DNA of 11,134 nucleotides from Armatimonadota bacterium (lineage in GTDB: Bacteria; Armatimonadota; Zipacnadia; Zipacnadales; UBA5352): contig JAYENL010000097.1 in assembly GCA_034722055.1 (NCBI GenBank), forward strand, positions 1-11,134. Reading direction: 5' to 3'. Made by a program: the position numbers and the translations under genes. The notes beneath the pieces are model-generated. The model saw only the letters and a list, made by a program, of their open reading frames with translations. It made no database searches and was not told the DNA's origin. Shown in pieces: positions 6,921 through 11,134 of this stretch (position 1 is the stretch's first letter; every line of letters starts with the position of its first letter).

Positions 6921-7589
6921 GTGGCAGAGATTCGCATCGTCTCGACGGAGTCGCGCGCCTTCGAGGACCGGATCGAGGCCGGCAGGGCCCTGGCCGAGGA
7001 GCTGTCGGAGCTGCGCGGGAGCAATCCCGTCATCCTGGGCATCCCCCGAGGAGCGGTCCCCATGGCGGCGATCGTTGCTGAGGAGCTGGACGGGGAGCTG
7101 GACGTGGTGATCGTCCGCAAGCTGCGGGCGCCCATGAACCCGGAGTTCGCCATCGGATCGATGTCCGAGGACGGCCACGCCTTGCTCCACGAGGACGTGG
7201 TCGAGCGCCTGGGAGTCTCGGACGACTACCTGGATCAGGAGAAGCGGGAGCAGCGCCAGCGCATCCAGGAGCGGAAGCAGACCTACCGGAGTGTCAAGCC
7301 CAAGGTGTCGCTGACGGGCCGCATCGCGGTGGTCGTGGACGACGGCTTCGCGACCGGCGCGACCATGCGCGCCGCCCTCGCCAGCGCCAGGCGAGAGGAC
7401 CCTCAGCGGCTCATCGCCGCGGCCCCCGTCGGCGCCCAGGACACTGTGCACGAGATCGCCGAGGATGCCGACGAGGTCGTGTGTCTCCGCGCCCCGACCT
7501 TCTTCGGGGCGGTCGGCGCCTTCTACCGGCGCTTCGACCAGGTCTCCGATCAGCAGGTCGTCGAGGTCCTCCGGGAGCACGCCGACTGA
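6921..7589 (+). CDS. Putative type I phosphoribosyltransferase (COG1926-like)
   Basis: FEDRIEAGRALA, ILGIPRGAVP, VRKLRAP.NPEFAIG, PRPP-binding loop VVVDDGFATGAT, and AVGAFYRRFDQVSD. GTG start with GGGAGG RBS. Confidence 0.9.
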   Translation: MAEIRIVSTESRAFEDRIEAGRALAEELSELRGSNPVILGIPRGAVPMAAIVAEELDGELDVVIVRKLRAPMNPEFAIGSMSEDGHALLHEDVVERLGVSDDYLDQEKREQRQRIQERKQTYRSVKPKVSLTGRIAVVVDDGFATGATMRAALASARREDPQRLIAAAPVGAQDTVHEIAEDADEVVCLRAPTFFGAVGAFYRRFDQVSDQQVVEVLREHAD

Positions 7590-7650
7590 CGTGCGTGCAG
7601 CTCGCACGCCGGGTAGGCCTGGGCGGGCCTGCGCTGGAGCGGAGGAGGCC

Positions 7651-8151
7651 ATGCGCTACAACTTCGACGTGCGGCTGGACGAGAGCGCGATCCAGCGCGC
7701 CGGGCTGGCGTACATGTGGCGGCGCTTCGGGTGGCGCTACGTTGCGGGCTGGGCGGTCGTCGGGCTCTGCGCGGCGGTCTACAGCCTGGTGACGAAGAAC
7801 ACGCTTGCCACGGTCCTGGGGGTGCTGACAGCAGCCCTGGGCGTCATCCTCGTCATCTTCCCGTTCGTGATGTGGCACTCGCTTCGGCGCATGACGGACG
7901 GCTATGTGGGGCTGACCGGCGGGGCGTCCGTGCACTACCAGGTGGACCGGATCGGCCTCACCAGCACCTGCGCCAGCGGCAGCGGCGACCTTCGCTGGAG
8001 CGCCTTCCGCGACGTGCAGAAGACGGAAGACGTGTGGCTGCTGACCATGGCGAACGAGGACCGCTTCATCCCCCTGCCGGTCGATCAGGTGCCCGAGGAC
8101 GCCCTGCAGTTCATCGAGAGTGAAATCGCCACGCACGCCGGGTCGGCCTGA
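7651..8151 (+). CDS. YcxB-like membrane protein (two transmembrane segments plus C-terminal soluble domain)
   Basis: ATG 7651 follows GGAGGAGG. Two hydrophobic segments (YVAGWAVVGLCAAVYSLV; LATVLGVLTAALGVILVIFPFVMW), then GDLRWSAF..V..T..VWLL...FIPLP, which resembles YcxB-like domains. Confidence 0.7.
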   Translation: MRYNFDVRLDESAIQRAGLAYMWRRFGWRYVAGWAVVGLCAAVYSLVTKNTLATVLGVLTAALGVILVIFPFVMWHSLRRMTDGYVGLTGGASVHYQVDRIGLTSTCASGSGDLRWSAFRDVQKTEDVWLLTMANEDRFIPLPVDQVPEDALQFIESEIATHAGSA

Positions 8152-8160
8152 CCGGCACGC

Positions 8161-9381
8161 TCACTGGGTCGCGGCGGGCGCCTCCAGAACCACGCGCGTG
8201 CCCTGCCCGGGACTTGAGATGACCTCCATGCTGCCGCCCAGCAGCGCCAGGCGCTCGCGGATGTTGAAGAGGCCCATGCCGTCCTGGGCGCCCGGCCTCG
8301 CGAGCTCCTCCTCGGGCTCAAAGCCGGCTCCGTCGTCCACGACGGATATCCGGACCTCGCCATCAGGGCGGGTGATGGAGACGGTGGCGTGAGCGGCGCC
8401 GGCGTGCTGGACGACGTTCGCCAGCAGCTCCCGCACGGCCTGGAAGAGCAGCACGCGCACGTTGTCATCAAGCTGCTCAGCGGCACCGTCGTCGTGGAAC
8501 TCGAACTCGGTCTTGCAGCCCTCCCCCGCCCGGTCCACCAGCCACTCGACCGCCGCCGAGAGGCCCAGCTCATAGAGCATGGGAGGGCTGAGCTCGAAGC
8601 TGAGCGCCCGGGTGCCCGCGATGGCGGCGTCGAGCAGGGAGTGCACCTCGTCCAGCACCGCCTTCGAGCTCTCTTCCACGTCGCGGCGCTGGCGCAGCGC
8701 CGACGCACATAGCTTCGCATAGGCCAGGTTCTGCTGGATCTCGTCGTGGATGCGACCGGCGATACGCCGCCGCTCTCGCTCCTCGCTCAGCGCCAGCTCG
8801 GAGGCGAGGGCGCGCAGCCTCTGTTGGTACGCGACCAGCTTCTGCTCCGCCTGCTTGCGGCGCGTGACATCCCGGCCGATGGAGACGATCCCGAGCAGCT
8901 TCCCGTCGCTGTCCCTGACCGGTCGCCGGGCCCACGAGACCCAGACTGGTGAGCCGTCGGCGCGACGCATCTCGTACTCCTCGTCGCGATGCTCCTCAGG
9001 CGCCGAGAGCAGCTCGTCCACCACGCGGCTCTGGTCGCGCCCGCTCGACGACACATCTGGGATGAGCGAGCGGCTATCCCTCCCGAGGACCTCCTCGGGA
9101 TCGTAGCCGAAGAAGTTACAGCCGTGGGCATTGACGTAGCGCAGGGCGCCGCCTGCGTCGATGAAGGCCACGATGGCTGCCAGGTTGTCGATGAACTCGC
9201 GGTAGGGGCAATCATAGCGGTGCTGCTCATCCACCGCCCCGTCGCACCACGGCAGGTCGTCGCCCTCACCATGCACGCGCTCCAGTGCGGCCTCCGCCTT
9301 CAGCGCGCGGGCACGCAGCCTCTGGACCTCAGTGAGCAGCTCCTGACGCGATGGCTCCCTCCGCGCCTTCTGGCTCCCCAT
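8161..9381 (-). CDS. Cytoplasmic PAS-domain sensor histidine kinase (HisKA_3 / NarX-UhpB class)
   Basis: PAS (YVN...FFGY.PEEVLGR; RRADGSPVWVS; GRDVTRRK), H-box EERERRRIAGRIHDEI.QNL, N-box RELLANVVQHA, G1 DDGAGF, G2 GMGLFNIRER, SSPGQGT. No transmembrane segment. ATG at 9381 with GAGGGAG RBS. Confidence 0.93.
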   Translation of the reverse strand: MGSQKARREPSRQELLTEVQRLRARALKAEAALERVHGEGDDLPWCDGAVDEQHRYDCPYREFIDNLAAIVAFIDAGGALRYVNAHGCNFFGYDPEEVLGRDSRSLIPDVSSSGRDQSRVVDELLSAPEEHRDEEYEMRRADGSPVWVSWARRPVRDSDGKLLGIVSIGRDVTRRKQAEQKLVAYQQRLRALASELALSEERERRRIAGRIHDEIQQNLAYAKLCASALRQRRDVEESSKAVLDEVHSLLDAAIAGTRALSFELSPPMLYELGLSAAVEWLVDRAGEGCKTEFEFHDDGAAEQLDDNVRVLLFQAVRELLANVVQHAGAAHATVSITRPDGEVRISVVDDGAGFEPEEELARPGAQDGMGLFNIRERLALLGGSMEVISSPGQGTRVVLEAPAATQ

Positions 9382-9569
9382 AGCTCTCCCTCGCACCCCA
9401 GCGCGATTCGATCATCCGCTCGTCACGGCGTACTCCACCCCGTGTGCAGTGCTCGTCGCCCCATTGCTCTTGTCTCCTCGGCGCCCCTGGTCGCTGACGG
9501 CGCGAGGACGAGCCCTCCTTGCCGGCTCCTTCGCCACCTCATTATGCACCGAACACCGGCCGTCGGCCC

Positions 9570-9587
9570 ATCGGGGTTTTCCCCCAT
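9570..9587. promoter_or_regulatory. Imperfect palindrome ATCGGGG-TTTT-CCCCCAT, candidate regulator site upstream of the kinase
   Basis: 6 of 7 arm positions are complementary; lies upstream of a minus-strand CATAAT (9546-9541). Confidence 0.3.
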
Positions 9588-9626
9588 TTTCCGCAGGTTG
9601 GAATCCCCCACTCCCAGCTCCGCCGC

Positions 9627-10946
9627 TCATACGTCGCCGGGCATCTCAACCGCGAGTGGATCGTCCACCTGCCGCTGCCACTGCCTCAGCTCGCCGCGCA
9701 GCCGCTTTACCTCGTTCTCCATACCTGGCGCACACGCCAGATTGGCCGTCTCCAACGGATCGGCGGCCAGATCGAAGAGCTGCGTGACCCGGCCATCATC
9801 GGTGCGGTACTCGATGAGCTTGTAGCGATCGTCGCGCACCGCCCGCTGCACATTCATGTAGGCGAAGAAGAGGCTGTCGTAGAGCCTCTCGGTGCCACCC
9901 CGCAAGATCGGTGCCAGGCTCCGGCCCTCCACGGACGCGGGTGCGGGCACGTCCACGAGGTCGCAGATCGTCGGGAAGACATCCAGCAGATAGCACAGAG
10001 CGTCGGAGCGCTGGCTTGCCGGAATGCCGGGGCCATGGAACACCAGCGGCACCCGAACGCTGTGATCGTACATGTTCTGCTTGCCCATCAGCCCGTGCTG
10101 GCCCACCGCCAGGCCGTTGTCGCCGCCGAAGATGATGATGGTGTTCTCGGCGTGCCCGCTCTCCTCCAGTGCCTCCAGCACCCGGCCCATGTGCGCATCC
10201 AGGTGGGTGATCATGGCGTAGTAGGCCGCGATGTGCTCCTGGACGATCTCCGGGGTGCGGGGGAAGGGCGCCAGCATCTCGTCGCGGATGGTCATCTCGC
10301 CGTTGTCGAAGGGATGCACCGGGCGGAAGTTCACCGGCACCTGGATGCGGGAGGGATCGTAGAGGTCCTCGTACTCCTGTGGCGCCATACGCGGGTCGTG
10401 CGGGGCGGTATAGGAGACGTAGGCGAAGAACGGCTGCTCGCCATCCTGGCGGCGCAGGAAGTCGATGGCGGCGTCGCTGAACAGCTCGGAGGAGAACGTC
10501 TTGCCGATGTAGCGGTCATCCTCGGGATACTCGCCTGAGGAGCTGAAGTCGTGCACCGGCACCTCCAGGTGATTCGACATGCCGCCGAAGAAGATCTTGG
10601 CACCGTCGGTGAAGCTTCGGGCGTAGGAGGGCGGCAGGTTGTGCCACTTGCCGGTCCCGAAGGTGGCGTAGCCATGCTGGCGCAGGTGCTGCGGAAGGGT
10701 CACGAAGTCGCCGGTGTCGCGGGGGGCATGATAGAGGCTGCGGCCGGTCATGAGCATGGCGCGGGAGGGCTGGCAGACCGCCGGGACGGTGGAGCCCTGG
10801 ATGGCGGCGTGGGTGAAGCTGGTACCCTCCTCCACCAGCCGGTCCATGTTGGGCGTGATGACCTCCGGATTGCCGAGGGCCGCTACGGCGTCGAAGCGCT
10901 GGTCGTCGGTGAAGAGAAAGAGGATGTTCGGTCTCGCCGCACTCAT
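9627..10946 (-). CDS. Sulfatase (S1 family, Cys-type formylglycine), no signal peptide
   Basis: RPNILFLFTDDQR, TPNMDRL, CQPSRAMLMTG (CxPxR), GYATFGTGKWHN, PFFAYVSYTAPHDP, DNG...GQHGLMGKQNMY..SVRVPL, QLFDLAADPLE. ATG at 10946 with GGGAGG RBS. Confidence 0.95.
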   Translation of the reverse strand: MSAARPNILFLFTDDQRFDAVAALGNPEVITPNMDRLVEEGTSFTHAAIQGSTVPAVCQPSRAMLMTGRSLYHAPRDTGDFVTLPQHLRQHGYATFGTGKWHNLPPSYARSFTDGAKIFFGGMSNHLEVPVHDFSSSGEYPEDDRYIGKTFSSELFSDAAIDFLRRQDGEQPFFAYVSYTAPHDPRMAPQEYEDLYDPSRIQVPVNFRPVHPFDNGEMTIRDEMLAPFPRTPEIVQEHIAAYYAMITHLDAHMGRVLEALEESGHAENTIIIFGGDNGLAVGQHGLMGKQNMYDHSVRVPLVFHGPGIPASQRSDALCYLLDVFPTICDLVDVPAPASVEGRSLAPILRGGTERLYDSLFFAYMNVQRAVRDDRYKLIEYRTDDGRVTQLFDLAADPLETANLACAPGMENEVKRLRGELRQWQRQVDDPLAVEMPGDV

Positions 10947-11073
10947 TGCGCTGACCTCCCACTGCTCTCTGCTCCGCGGATACGGCAGTTCGGCACCAAC
11001 ATCAGTTCCCTTCACTTTCCCGTCCGGTGGCTCCTCCCGGCTCCCTCGGGGACACCGCGGGGGAGAATCGGGG

Positions 11074-11117
11074 GATTCACCTATTCACACCAGGAACCTG
11101 ACCCGGTATCGTGAATC
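11074..11117. promoter_or_regulatory. Symmetric dyad read as overlapping divergent sigma-H-like promoters (CAGG(A/T)-N17-GAAT on both strands)
   Basis: GATTCAC-N10-CAGG-AA-CCTG-N10-GTGAATC. Plus strand: AGGA 11092-11095 then GAAT 11113-11116. Minus strand: AGGT 11099-11096 then GAAT 11078-11075. Confidence 0.55.
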
Positions 11118-11124
11118 TGGGTAC

Positions 11125-11130
11125 GAGGAG
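11125..11130 (+). promoter_or_regulatory. Probable ribosome-binding site of a plus-strand gene starting just past the window
   Basis: GAGGAG 4 nt before the window end, downstream of the plus-strand promoter candidate. Confidence 0.45.
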
Positions 11131-11134
11131 AGCA

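Noticed and set aside
6471..7652. 393-aa minus-strand ORF
   Set aside because: Antisense shadow of the phosphoribosyltransferase and flanks.
9110..9260. Cysteines near the kinase PAS domain as an NreB-like Fe-S sensor
   Set aside because: Only three widely spaced Cys here, without the paired CxxC arrangement of NreB.
9519..10538. 339-aa plus-strand ORF
   Set aside because: Antisense shadow of the sulfatase.
3732..10946. The whole gene set as one pathway or defence island
   Set aside because: Genes alternate in orientation, most have separate promoter candidates, and no shared function or defence/toxin motif is evident.

Overview
High-GC bacterial window with no rRNA, tRNA or CRISPR features seen. 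It starts with the 3' end of an IS1595-family transposase and its right terminal inverted repeat (1-276). Next is a large, very acidic, probably secreted protein (402-3668) with a signal peptide, four ~115-aa PPC-like repeats, a Pro/Glu linker, a C2-like domain with a helical insert, and a six-repeat FG-GAP-like C-terminus. The rest holds a minus-strand dhaK-dhaL pair without adjacent dhaM, a secreted TPR protein, a COG1926-like phosphoribosyltransferase, a YcxB-like membrane protein, an orphan PAS/HisKA_3 histidine kinase, and a cytoplasmic Cys-type sulfatase. The most notable non-coding signal is a recurring AGG(A/T)-N17/18-GAA(T) sigma-H-like promoter pattern upstream of most transcription units. 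At 11074-11117 it forms a symmetric dyad that reads as two overlapping divergent promoters. All family assignments come from motif recognition by eye, not database searches.
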